From a virus (lineage: Duplodnaviria; Caudoviricetes): a stretch of DNA of 45,153 nt. The notes under the pieces are model-generated. The model was not told where the DNA came from, made no database searches, and saw nothing but the letters and a program-made list of their open reading frames with translations. Positions within the stretch are counted from its first letter, which is position 1. Each line of letters starts with the position of its first letter. A program made the position numbers and the translations under genes. Positions 37,028 to 45,153 of the stretch are shown one piece after another. The stretch is taken from IMG/VR virus record IMGVR_UViG_3300037851_000618, positions 1-45,153 of that record; one strand, 5' to 3'.

Positions 37028-37441
37028 ATGAAAATACAAATAAAACGTTGGGATAATAGAAAAGTAATCTTTGAATGTGAAGCAGAAAATATTAAACAAG
37101 CTGTAGAACTTGCTGTATCTAAAAAGATTGACTTATGTGGTTGTGACTTGAGTTTTGCTAACTTGAGTTTTGTTGACTTGAGTTCTATTAACTTGAATTC
37201 TGCTAACTTGAGTTCTACTAATTTGAGTTCTGCTAACTTACATTCTGCTAATTTGAGTTCTGCTGACTTGCGTTTTTCTGACTTACATTCTGCTAATTTG
37301 AGTTCTGCTAACTTGAATTCTGCTGACTTGAGTTCTGCTAACTTGAATTCTACTGACTTGAGGTCTGTTAAGGGAACATTTACATACAATTATGGTATTA
37401 AACTCAAAGTTGTAAAGGAGAAATCCAAGAGAGGAATATAG
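37028..37441 (+). CDS. Pentapeptide repeat protein
   Basis: Tandem S-A-N/D-L-x repeats encoded by a 15-bp DNA period; 'IFECEAENIKQAVELAV' N-terminus. Confidence 0.9.
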   Translation: MKIQIKRWDNRKVIFECEAENIKQAVELAVSKKIDLCGCDLSFANLSFVDLSSINLNSANLSSTNLSSANLHSANLSSADLRFSDLHSANLSSANLNSADLSSANLNSTDLRSVKGTFTYNYGIKLKVVKEKSKRGI

Positions 37442-37747
37442 ATGAATCAGCAAGAAGTAACTTTAGACCTAAAAGAATATGGTGCAATAGGGTATGTTAT
37501 AGTAAAAGATAATACAATTTATTGTCCTGCTATAATGATTTTAGACGGGTTTAAAATGCGTGAAATATTTGATAGACTTGTAAAAGAAACAGGAATTAAC
37601 AAAGTAATTTTTACAGCAGTATGTTCACCGTTTCTAAAGCAAAAATTACATAACATAAAAAGAGAATATGATATATGGTTTGAAGAAATAGGTGACTATA
37701 GTCATTGTATAGAAGTTGAATGGATTATACAAAAAGAAGTAAGATGA
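37442..37747 (+). CDS. Hypothetical protein
   Basis: RBS supplied by repeat copy 2. Confidence 0.65.
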   Translation: MNQQEVTLDLKEYGAIGYVIVKDNTIYCPAIMILDGFKMREIFDRLVKETGINKVIFTAVCSPFLKQKLHNIKREYDIWFEEIGDYSHCIEVEWIIQKEVR

Positions 37748-37787
37748 ATTGGTATGTACGAAATCTTCGCCAAGAGAGGTGTTTAGA

Positions 37788-38012
37788 ATGTTTAGAGGGG
37801 ATAAAGACTCAAGATTTGATAAATTGGTAGATGAAGCTCTGACTAAAATGGAAGATTTTAAAGATGATGAGGGATATTTTTCAGCTCAGGATATAGCTAT
37901 CCGTTCTCTTGAACTATATGAAGAAAAAATATTAAAAGCGATAGAGAATCTGGATTTTTTAAACCTAACTAAACAAAATATAAGGAGAGTGATTAGCGAT
38001 GCTGTCGATTAA
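37788..38012 (+). CDS. Hypothetical acidic protein
   Basis: Likely start ATG 37788 after GAGGTG in repeat copy 3. Confidence 0.65.
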   Translation: MFRGDKDSRFDKLVDEALTKMEDFKDDEGYFSAQDIAIRSLELYEEKILKAIENLDFLNLTKQNIRRVISDAVD

Positions 38013-38187
38013 ATCAGCCGAGGATATGGAAACTCTACAAAATAAAAGAGTCCGTAAATATCCAAAAATAGATCATACTTACCAAGTGTGTGGGAAATGT
38101 TATTTTAAATCATACTATAAATGGATAAGATGTCCGAGTTGTGATAATAATGGGATTAACCAAGACACAGATAGCAGTTCTGAGTGA
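37999..38187 (+). CDS. Zn-ribbon protein (CGKC...CPSC)
   Basis: Two CxxC motifs. Confidence 0.6.
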   Translation: MLSIKSAEDMETLQNKRVRKYPKIDHTYQVCGKCYFKSYYKWIRCPSCDNNGINQDTDSSSE

Positions 38188-38359
38188 ACTCGTGAAGAAT
38201 CGTTGTGAGATATGTGGTGCTGAACATATTTTACTTATACCACATAGAATTCGTAGAGGTAATCAGGGTGGTCAATATATACCCCGAAACATAGAAATGC
38301 TGTGTGAATTGTGTCATAAGAAAGTTCATTATAAAGAAGAAGGTTGTAGAAAAAGATGA
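38150..38359 (+). CDS. Small HNH endonuclease
   Basis: CEICG...HRIRRGNQGG...NIEMLCELCHKKVH. Confidence 0.8.
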   Translation: MGLTKTQIAVLSELVKNRCEICGAEHILLIPHRIRRGNQGGQYIPRNIEMLCELCHKKVHYKEEGCRKR

Positions 38360-38559
38360 GAAAAACATATAGGTCAATTTTAGGTGGAATAGGTGGCTTT
38401 TTAATAGGTTGGTCTTTACCAATGGATATAATTCATACTTTAGCATTTGTTAGGTTTAGTTATACTTTTAGGCATGGATTGGAATTTTTGGGGTGATTGA
38501 AATGATAAGTCAATATATACTATGGAAGATTTTTAATAAAAATATAAGGAGGAGTATAA

Positions 38560-38976
38560 ATGATAACGAAACGAAATTTTAGAATAGATGAAAGGAGAGG
38601 TGGTGTGGTAGTAACTACGGAAGAAAAAACAGAGCATAGCAGTCTAATAGCCGAGAACTTCTATACATACGAGAAGTTTCACGACATATTCACGAATACT
38701 TCACAAAATCTAAAAAAGATGCAAAATGATCTTGAGGAAACTAATCTAATGATAAAACAAGTTCCAAAAGAGTATAATTTAGAGCCACGTTTAGTTAAAT
38801 TAAAGGAAGACATGGAGAAAGTAGGCAAATTCATAGATGCCGAGAACAACAAAAACAAATGGAAAGGCTTAGAAGAGCAGAAATCTATACTTGAAACAGC
38901 CGTGGCTCTTGCCCAACAGGACATAAAAGACATTAAAAACATAATGGAACAGCTGAAGGCAAAAGGAGTGATTTAA
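38560..38976 (+). CDS. Coiled-coil protein
   Basis: GGAGGAG RBS; heptad pattern. Confidence 0.7.
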   Translation: MITKRNFRIDERRGGVVVTTEEKTEHSSLIAENFYTYEKFHDIFTNTSQNLKKMQNDLEETNLMIKQVPKEYNLEPRLVKLKEDMEKVGKFIDAENNKNKWKGLEEQKSILETAVALAQQDIKDIKNIMEQLKAKGVI

Positions 38977-39228
38977 ATGAAAGACAAAGAAAATATAACT
39001 AAAGAAGAAATAAAAACTATTTATGATTCGTCTGAAAGAATAGCTAGAGAAATACGAATGATAAGTCGTGCCTTTAAAAAAATATCAGAAGCTGGATTAA
39101 AGGAAGAGACAATAGTAGTTTTATTACATGATTCAACAAATATGAGCAAACGTGAAATAAGAAGTATATTATTATCTATAAAAAATTTAGAACAAACATA
39201 TTTAAAACCAAGCAAGGAGGTAATTTAA
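38977..39228 (+). CDS. Hypothetical helical protein
   Basis: GGAGTGA RBS. Confidence 0.7.
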   Translation: MKDKENITKEEIKTIYDSSERIAREIRMISRAFKKISEAGLKEETIVVLLHDSTNMSKREIRSILLSIKNLEQTYLKPSKEVI

Positions 39229-39384
39229 ATGACAACAGCATTCTGTGTAAAATGTAGGAAGACAGTTGAGATTCTAAATGAATTTCAAGATGTAAGTCAT
39301 GGTATCCGAGGTGCAAGAATACTCATAAAGGGTAAGTGTGCCTGTGGACAAAATGTATGCAGAATAGGTAAATCCAAAGGATAA
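39229..39384 (+). CDS. DUF5679-like zinc-ribbon protein
   Basis: AFCVKCRK...KGKCACGQNVCRI; GGAGGT RBS; read manually. Confidence 0.65.
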   Translation: MTTAFCVKCRKTVEILNEFQDVSHGIRGARILIKGKCACGQNVCRIGKSKG

Positions 39385-39398
39385 AACAGTGATAAAAG

Positions 39399-39725
39399 AT
39401 GTTCAAACAATTCGGAAGCCAAACAGTAGAAGTCAGTGAGTTCAGCCTAATAACCCATATAAACGAGCCATTTATGATTGCAGGTAAAGTATTTGGGTGG
39501 AAAGGTCGAACTCCCGGCATCGGCTTACAAGATAACATAGTGAATTTCGCTGCGGAACATGATTTAGTTATAATATTTACAGTAGGAGAAAACAAGAAAC
39601 GATATAGGTATCTAGGCAAGGATTGGAAGCAAATATGTGAAGATAATAAGTGGCTATATACTGTATCCAATGGAACTATTGTATATGTATTACCTTGGGA
39701 TAAAGTAACAGTTTTAGAGGGATAG
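39399..39725 (+). CDS. Hypothetical protein
   Basis: ORF in the early operon. Confidence 0.65.
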   Translation: MFKQFGSQTVEVSEFSLITHINEPFMIAGKVFGWKGRTPGIGLQDNIVNFAAEHDLVIIFTVGENKKRYRYLGKDWKQICEDNKWLYTVSNGTIVYVLPWDKVTVLEG

Positions 39726-39726
39726 T

Positions 39727-39948
39727 ATGGACGTAGTATTTACAGATATACAGAATACAAGCAATAGGATATATGCTAAAATAGAGTATTCTATATGGTT
39801 TGATAAGACTACACGACAGTATAATTGCACCTGTCAGGGCTATTCTCAATTCAATAAGGAATGTAAGCATATTAAAGATTTCAAGAAAGTTGTTGAACGT
39901 ATAGAATGGGAAGAAGAAGTTTTTAATGAATCAGACACCAAAGAATAG
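39727..39948 (+). CDS. SWIM zinc-finger protein
   Basis: YNCTCQGY...CKHI. Confidence 0.75.
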   Translation: MDVVFTDIQNTSNRIYAKIEYSIWFDKTTRQYNCTCQGYSQFNKECKHIKDFKKVVERIEWEEEVFNESDTKE

Positions 39949-40053
39949 CTCCACCTATTATACAACTAAAACAGTTCCATTCTCCATAAGGTAGCAAGTT
40001 CCTGTTTATTGTTATTCTGAAAAATGGAAAATTTGTTCTATATTCAAAAGGTA

Positions 40054-40368
40054 TCATCTTTCATCCATCCTATCTACACCAAAAAGAGCCTGATAAACTA
40101 TTTCTTCTTCCTTGTAAACCTGACTATGCCTTATTCTTTCGTGGTGTTCCATATGGTAAGCATGGAGAAATTCATGTATAACAGTTCTTCTTCTTTCTTC
40201 CGTAGATTTGTCATCGGCTATCCAGATGCACTTTTTCTCAGAATCAGTTAAACCATAATAGCCGGAAGACTCCGTAGGTAAGCTTTCTGTATGTCTTACT
40301 GAATAATCAACGAGTAAATCTATTAGCTCTTTGGCTGTGAGCATCGCCTTCAATGGCTTTTTGGTCAT
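40054..40368 (-). CDS. Minimal zincin (IrrE/ImmA-like) metallopeptidase-domain protein
   Basis: 'YGLT...IWI...ERRRTVIHEFLHA...EE'. Confidence 0.7.
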   Translation of the reverse strand: MTKKPLKAMLTAKELIDLLVDYSVRHTESLPTESSGYYGLTDSEKKCIWIADDKSTEERRRTVIHEFLHAYHMEHHERIRHSQVYKEEEIVYQALFGVDRMDER

Positions 40369-40534
40369 CTAATCGCCTCAAATGTCTTGCATGAAGGTAG
40401 GTCGAATAAGCTACCAAATTGACAAAATAAACTACATCTGAATTAGTATTGCCTGCACACATATCGCACCATTCTTTGGCGTAATCTTGCATGACTTTTA
40501 AAGCATCATTATAACCTTGGTCGTATTCTTTCAT
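40307..40534 (-). CDS. Hypothetical protein
   Basis: AGGTGG RBS; 'YDQGYNDAL' motif. Confidence 0.55.
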   Translation of the reverse strand: MKEYDQGYNDALKVMQDYAKEWCDMCAGNTNSDVVYFVNLVAYSTYLHARHLRRLDDQKAIEGDAHSQRANRFTR

Positions 40535-40535
40535 C

Positions 40536-40616
40536 TTACCACCTTACACATTGGCAAATTATACATTCGCCATAGGGGTGATTTTGCATATCATGTCCGC
40601 AGTCCTTACATTTCAT
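40536..40616 (-). CDS. 26-aa Cys/His microprotein (family copy 3)
   Basis: MKCKDCGHDMQNHPYGECIICQCVRW; ATGA overlap with the phosphoesterase stop. Confidence 0.55.
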   Translation of the reverse strand: MKCKDCGHDMQNHPYGECIICQCVRW

Positions 40617-41617
40617 CTATAAGACCTCGTTGTCTTGGCAAATTCCTTACCTTTTTCCTTCATGTCCGGCTGAACATAGGTTGCTTTGAAATGTTCTATT
40701 TCCCTGCCTCTCGTATCTAATTCTACAAGAAATAATCCATTAGGACCTGTAAGTCCACGTCTTACGCAGTATTCATTCTTTCCGTCTTGAAAACTACCAG
40801 ACTGGAGAACATGAATTCCGTGGTCTTTGCCCGAATAAAGAGTATGATAATGTCCTAATAGAATTATGTGGGGTACTTCTGGTAACTCACGCCTTTCCAG
40901 ACCTTTAAAATAATCCCTTAGATAAGTCTGGCTTGGGTAGGATATGGCATAAGTCCTTCCAGAAGCTCCATGTAGCAGTCGGATACGAATACCCTTATAA
41001 ATTACATCAGCCTGCAAATCACCAAGATTCTTGAAATTATCCACTTTAGCCTCTAATATAGCTAAAGGTTTAGCTCCATTCTGTTTGGTGAAAGAGTAAT
41101 CGTGATTTCCGGCTATACCCCAAAATTCTAAGTTTGGGTGTCTTATTAAAGCTTCTGCTACCACATCGGTTTGGTCTTCTATACCTACTTCGGATAGGTT
41201 TTCAATTTGTCCAGAATAAACATGGTCACCATCCATTAAATCTCCTGCTACATAAACTTTATTTATACCAGAATCTTCAGCTCTTTTCATGCATTCATGC
41301 CATGTTTTAGGCAGAAAGAACTTAGAGCCGAAATGCCAATCGCTTGAGGAAGCAAAACGAATATTGCTTCTCCCATCAGAGCCTGATATATAGAAAACAT
41401 TATCCCTATCTGGTAAAACATTGACATGGTACAGCATATCTGTTCCATCTCTGGCTTGGGTAATATCTACAGTAGTTCCAATCTTTCGGAATTCTTCAAT
41501 ATACTTCTGAATATCGGCTTCAGGTAAGCCGGTAGAAGCAGTGAGTTCAGACATAGGTAGCTTGTGGTTTCGTAAAGTAGTCAATAACTTTCTGTGTTTT
41601 TTATCCATAAATACCAC
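40613..41617 (-). CDS. HTH + calcineurin-like metallophosphoesterase
   Basis: DWH, GDLMDG, GNHD, LHG and GHYH motifs; N-terminal winged-HTH-like segment. Confidence 0.88.
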   Translation of the reverse strand: MVFMDKKHRKLLTTLRNHKLPMSELTASTGLPEADIQKYIEEFRKIGTTVDITQARDGTDMLYHVNVLPDRDNVFYISGSDGRSNIRFASSSDWHFGSKFFLPKTWHECMKRAEDSGINKVYVAGDLMDGDHVYSGQIENLSEVGIEDQTDVVAEALIRHPNLEFWGIAGNHDYSFTKQNGAKPLAILEAKVDNFKNLGDLQADVIYKGIRIRLLHGASGRTYAISYPSQTYLRDYFKGLERRELPEVPHIILLGHYHTLYSGKDHGIHVLQSGSFQDGKNEYCVRRGLTGPNGLFLVELDTRGREIEHFKATYVQPDMKEKGKEFAKTTRSYR

Positions 41618-41653
41618 AGTAAGTATAATTTATTTTTTCTGTATTTAAAGAAA

Positions 41654-41908
41654 CTACATAAAAACCCTAAACATTACTGTCAAAGCAATAGAAATAATTA
41701 TGCCTGTAACTATATACCAAGTTCGTGAATCTGCCTTCTCTGTATTCTTTTCTATTTTTTCTACAGAAGTTTTAATCCAACATATATCATTCTCGACTTT
41801 GGAAACCTTATTATTAAGAGAGGTTACTTGATCTCTGGTTTCTCCCATTTCCCGATTCAATATTTCGATATGCTTCGCATTTTCCTTGTCTAATGAATAT
41901 CTAGTCAT
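41654..41908 (-). CDS. Coiled coil + C-terminal TM protein (XhlA/holin-like)
   Basis: Heptads followed by WYIVTGIIISIALTVMF. Confidence 0.6.
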   Translation of the reverse strand: MTRYSLDKENAKHIEILNREMGETRDQVTSLNNKVSKVENDICWIKTSVEKIEKNTEKADSRTWYIVTGIIISIALTVMFRVFM

Positions 41909-41929
41909 AATTACACCAAAAAAGTATCA

Positions 41930-41977
41930 TTGGGGTAGATATTACTTCTACCCCAAGGATTGTGGCATTGCCACAAT
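41930..41977. terminator. Two adjacent inverted repeats between holin-like genes
   Basis: TTGGGGTAGA-7nt-TCTACCCCAA (41930-41956) and ATTGTGGCA-T-TGCCACAAT (41959-41977); T-run downstream on the minus strand. Confidence 0.6.
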
Positions 41978-41996
41978 TTTTGAGATATGATATTAT

Positions 41997-42170
41997 TTAC
42001 TTGTTTTCATACCAGTTCTTTAGGAAATAGGTTACCATACCCAATAGTGGTGCATAAGCAAGTTTCCACTCTTCGGGTAAGTTAGCCAAGAATGCAAGAA
42101 TGGATGGTGCAAGTACTATTACCCAATTCTTGATTGATTTCCAAATACCTGTTTTTACACTATATGCCAT
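41997..42170 (-). CDS. 57-aa two-TM holin-like protein
   Basis: MAYSVKTGIWKSIKNWVIVLAPSILAFLANLPEEWKLAYAPLLGMVTYFLKNWYENK; GAGGTG RBS and own TATA box (42206-42215). Confidence 0.65.
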   Translation of the reverse strand: MAYSVKTGIWKSIKNWVIVLAPSILAFLANLPEEWKLAYAPLLGMVTYFLKNWYENK

Positions 42171-42218
42171 GTCATGACACCTCTTTTATAATTTTATTTT
42201 TCCTTCTATTTAAAGAAT

Positions 42219-43676
42219 TTATTTATACAAAACTACAACCGAATCCATTTCCATTGAAATAGAATTTAAAGTTATCTTAATTTTTAGAGTATTTCCTGTT
42301 ATATTAAATTGAGTGTTTGGCTGTATTTGTTGCCATGTTACTCCACCATTTCCAGATACTTCATATACAGCATCTAAATTATTACCCACTACCTTTAACT
42401 CGCCTGAAGTCATATCTATGGTACTATAAGGTAGGCTAGTCCATATACCTCCGATTGCACCTGTTCTTAAAACTCCGTTAGTTATATATGTATTACTATG
42501 TGATTCTGTTAAACTATCATCATCAAAAGGTATATTATATGAGTAATTCATAGAAAATTGGTTGGTTATATTGCCTAGATTCTGTTCTGCTTCTATTCTA
42601 CCTTTCATTAATCTAGCCAAGGATATGGGTAATCTATTAAGTTGGACTTCTGTTGTAAATACGAATTCGTCATTAAAATCTATATTATGTGTATATTGTA
42701 TAAATGGATAGTCTGCAGGAGATATGTTATTGTAGGGATCGGAAATTCGTATTTTTTGCCCGGGTTGAATTGTTGCTAACCCAACAGAAGTTCTTGAGCC
42801 AAGCTGCTTTTCCTGTATTAAATATGCCAATTCATTAGTGGCTCGTTCTCTTACATCGTCCTGTGTTTTAAGGTTAGAATCTGTTATTATAACTTCTTGA
42901 ACCCTATTCATAGAAGTTTGAAGGGAAGTATCTTCAGCTGTCCATACATTAGGTAATCCGCCTATTTCAGCACCATATACTATAACTCGGTTGCGTATCT
43001 CTGCTTTATCTGTTCCGAAGTCAGGCGGAGCGGATATGATATTATAGTCGTGAACCATAGCATCTGTCGTATTTAATCGGCTTCCTATTAAAAAGAAGTT
43101 AAAATCCCTGTTTACATCTATATAACAATCATAGCCGGAAGCATGACATAGGTCTCTGATACAATCCCAAAAGGGCTTCTGTGTCCATGAAACAGTTACA
43201 TTTGTTGTAGTCACGGATACATTGGTGGTAGTGAATTTAGAATCTCCATACTTGCTTACCAAATCAGTTAGTATAGTTGAAACTTCTTGATTCGTATAAT
43301 TTTGAGTAACTGTCTTACCAAAAACAAGCAATGCTTCAGACCTACCAGTAATTACAATATTTGTTTCTCCGTAAGCAACTTTTTCAATTATACCTGAAAA
43401 TCTAAGTGTAGTAGCAGTAAGGTCGTAATCACAATAGAATTTAAAAGATTCATTTCCTGTATAGCGACCAGTATAACTTTCATCCCCATTAAGAAGGGTT
43501 AATCTAAAACTGCCTATAATATCAGTTGCTCCATCAGTTACAGAAGCCTTTATTATATCATCCGTTACGTCATCCACAGTTCCATCGTTGCGTGTAATGG
43601 TTATTTTGTACAAAGGTGAATATATTGGTGGTATCCAAACCCAAATAGGCTTAGTTTTTAATGAAGTTACTGGCAT
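42219..43676 (-). CDS. Tail hub / baseplate protein (gpD/Tal-like)
   Basis: 'RFSGIIEKV', 'ITGRS', 'WDCIRDLCHASGYDCYID', 'IRNRVIVYG' and 'IQPGQKIRI' hub motifs. Confidence 0.78.
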   Translation of the reverse strand: MPVTSLKTKPIWVWIPPIYSPLYKITITRNDGTVDDVTDDIIKASVTDGATDIIGSFRLTLLNGDESYTGRYTGNESFKFYCDYDLTATTLRFSGIIEKVAYGETNIVITGRSEALLVFGKTVTQNYTNQEVSTILTDLVSKYGDSKFTTTNVSVTTTNVTVSWTQKPFWDCIRDLCHASGYDCYIDVNRDFNFFLIGSRLNTTDAMVHDYNIISAPPDFGTDKAEIRNRVIVYGAEIGGLPNVWTAEDTSLQTSMNRVQEVIITDSNLKTQDDVRERATNELAYLIQEKQLGSRTSVGLATIQPGQKIRISDPYNNISPADYPFIQYTHNIDFNDEFVFTTEVQLNRLPISLARLMKGRIEAEQNLGNITNQFSMNYSYNIPFDDDSLTESHSNTYITNGVLRTGAIGGIWTSLPYSTIDMTSGELKVVGNNLDAVYEVSGNGGVTWQQIQPNTQFNITGNTLKIKITLNSISMEMDSVVVLYK

Positions 43677-45026
43677 ATACTTCCCACCGCACAACCTCTA
43701 AACTGTAATACAGGATTCCATAATTGCCAACTTGTTCCTGAACAATTATAGTTAGCCCATAGATAGAGGGAAACATTACTTTCTTTAGCTAGATTAGTCC
43801 AGCTGGTTAAAGATATGTAACTTGTATTAAGCACGATTGCATTACTTGGATCATATAATGAATTGGCTAGTATATTTACACAACTATATGTTTCGTTTAA
43901 ACCGATAGATAAATTCATATTTTTAATTACATTATGAGTTGTGAAATTAAGTATGGGATTTAAAGGAGATTGTCCAAAGGCTGATACATTCTTACTATAT
44001 GGTGTATTGGGTATAAATTCTATATATTCTATATTTTTTGGGAGAGTTAAATTATAGGGCGAATAATAAACTTCAGCATACATAGTTGCATTGGAAGGAT
44101 TGTATTTTTGATATGTTCCATTTAATGTCATCTGATAATCACTATTTGCTATAGCAGCATCATTTAAAAGTGCTTCACCATTTGCATAAGAATTTGCATC
44201 ATTTAAGTTCCAACGAGCTGTTACTGCAGTTGTAGTTTGTTCAGTATAGTTCACTATCTGAAGTCTATACTGTGTATTTGGTATTACAGAGTATTTCATA
44301 GATATATTTGCTGTTATGTTGGCTAAACCAGATGTTGGATTGCCGAATGAAAGATTTACTTCCTTTAAAAGAACTTTATTACTAGTTCTTAGTTGAAATC
44401 CCAATTCAGAACCTGCCGCCGGAATGGAAATATTTGTAGTAATTATATCTATAAATAACATATTTTCTGTAAATGTTTGTGTAACGTTACCTGTTATAGG
44501 ATAATTTATATACGAATATGTTGAACCAGCAGGTGTTATGTTAATTATATTACTATCTTCTGTCGTGCCATCAAAGTGTGCAAAGAAGGTTATATTATCA
44601 TTTCCTTTATACGATACATTATAAGTAAAATTAATTAGAGACTTATTTACAGCTTCTATAGTTACCGGTATATTTACATAACCAGTATTGTTGGCTAGTA
44701 TATCATTGAAATAAGAGCCATTGACAAAAATAGTAGAATCTTGTGTCAGATTAATATTAGTTATATTCATTGTGAACAGAGTACCACTTATTATAGATAC
44801 TGGAACATTACAAATACTGGAACACCTTTTAGTTACATGATTCTGGAAAGCTGTTAGATTGTTATAATATATATTTGTAGACATATTTTCATAGGAGAAA
44901 TCAACTACACCATCAGAGCCTATATCTACTCTCACTAAACCTGTCTGATTAGAACTATAATTGAATGAAACAAAAGACTCATAATACCTTGCCTGTGAAC
45001 AATCGCCTGTAGCAGCCGAGCCAAAA
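43667..45026 (-). CDS. 3' part of the 1127-aa junction-spanning glycoprotein-like protein
   Basis: In frame with 2024..1 through the terminal overlap; many NxS/T sequons. Confidence 0.88.
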
Positions 45027-45153
45027 ACGACTCTATATTTTATCAATTCTCTTACCACATCTGAATTCCCTTCTATACTTATATTCTCATTTACTCTTGT
45101 TGAAGGAGTTGTAGTTGTTAAGCTATATCCAGACCAATTTCCGGATGAGTAAT
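45027..45153. repeat. Terminal direct repeat, copy 2
   Basis: Identical to 1-127. Confidence 0.97.

Larger units (their letters stand above)
36996..37788. repeat. Three direct repeats at gene junctions
   Basis: TAAAGGAGAAATCCAAGAGAGG at 36996-37017 and 37413-37434; CCAAGAGAGGTGTTTAGAA at 37008-37026 and 37770-37788. Confidence 0.9.

Noticed and set aside
37021-37389. Antisense ORF with AELK repeats
   Set aside because: Shadow of the pentapeptide tandem repeat
36996-37788. CRISPR mini-array
   Set aside because: Repeats are separated by whole genes of 300-400 bp, not spacers; no cas genes
26091-39948. Integrase or lysogeny module
   Set aside because: No tyrosine or serine recombinase motifs recognised in any ORF
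45027-45153. 127-bp terminal repeat as a biological DTR
   Set aside because: The length equals a common assembler k-mer and it falls mid-gene; best read as a circular assembly overlap
1-45153. Stop-codon reassignment
   Set aside because: Long genes are intact under the standard code, and TAA, TAG and TGA all end well-supported genes

Overview
The window is an apparently complete, circularly assembled ~45,026-bp genome of an archaeal tailed virus (Caudoviricetes, HK97-type head, non-contractile and probably short tail). Positions 1-127 repeat exactly at 45027-45153. An archaeal host is indicated by GGTGA/GAGGTG ribosome-binding sites, TATA boxes ~30 nt before start codons and dense N-x-S/T sequons; a DPANN host is plausible but is inference only. 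There are two divergent arms. The minus-strand late arm (25611 -> 1 -> 45026 -> ~40050) carries terminase, portal, protease/scaffold, capsid, neck and tail genes, a hub, holin-like genes and a phosphoesterase. The plus-strand early arm (~26090-39950) carries many small genes. The most notable features are (1) an adjacent divergent Ku-like protein and ATP-dependent DNA ligase, a candidate virus-encoded NHEJ module, and (2) three >1,100-aa signal-peptide or signal-anchor proteins, densely covered in N-glycosylation sequons, inside the virion morphogenesis module. Also present: a multi-hairpin tRNA-like element, a host-like island with an orphan m6A methyltransferase and a truncated transposase, direct-repeat-flanked gene cassettes and a three-copy Zn-microprotein family. 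No DNA polymerase, primase, integrase, reverse transcriptase or CRISPR array was recognised. All functional calls come from motif recognition by eye, not database searches.
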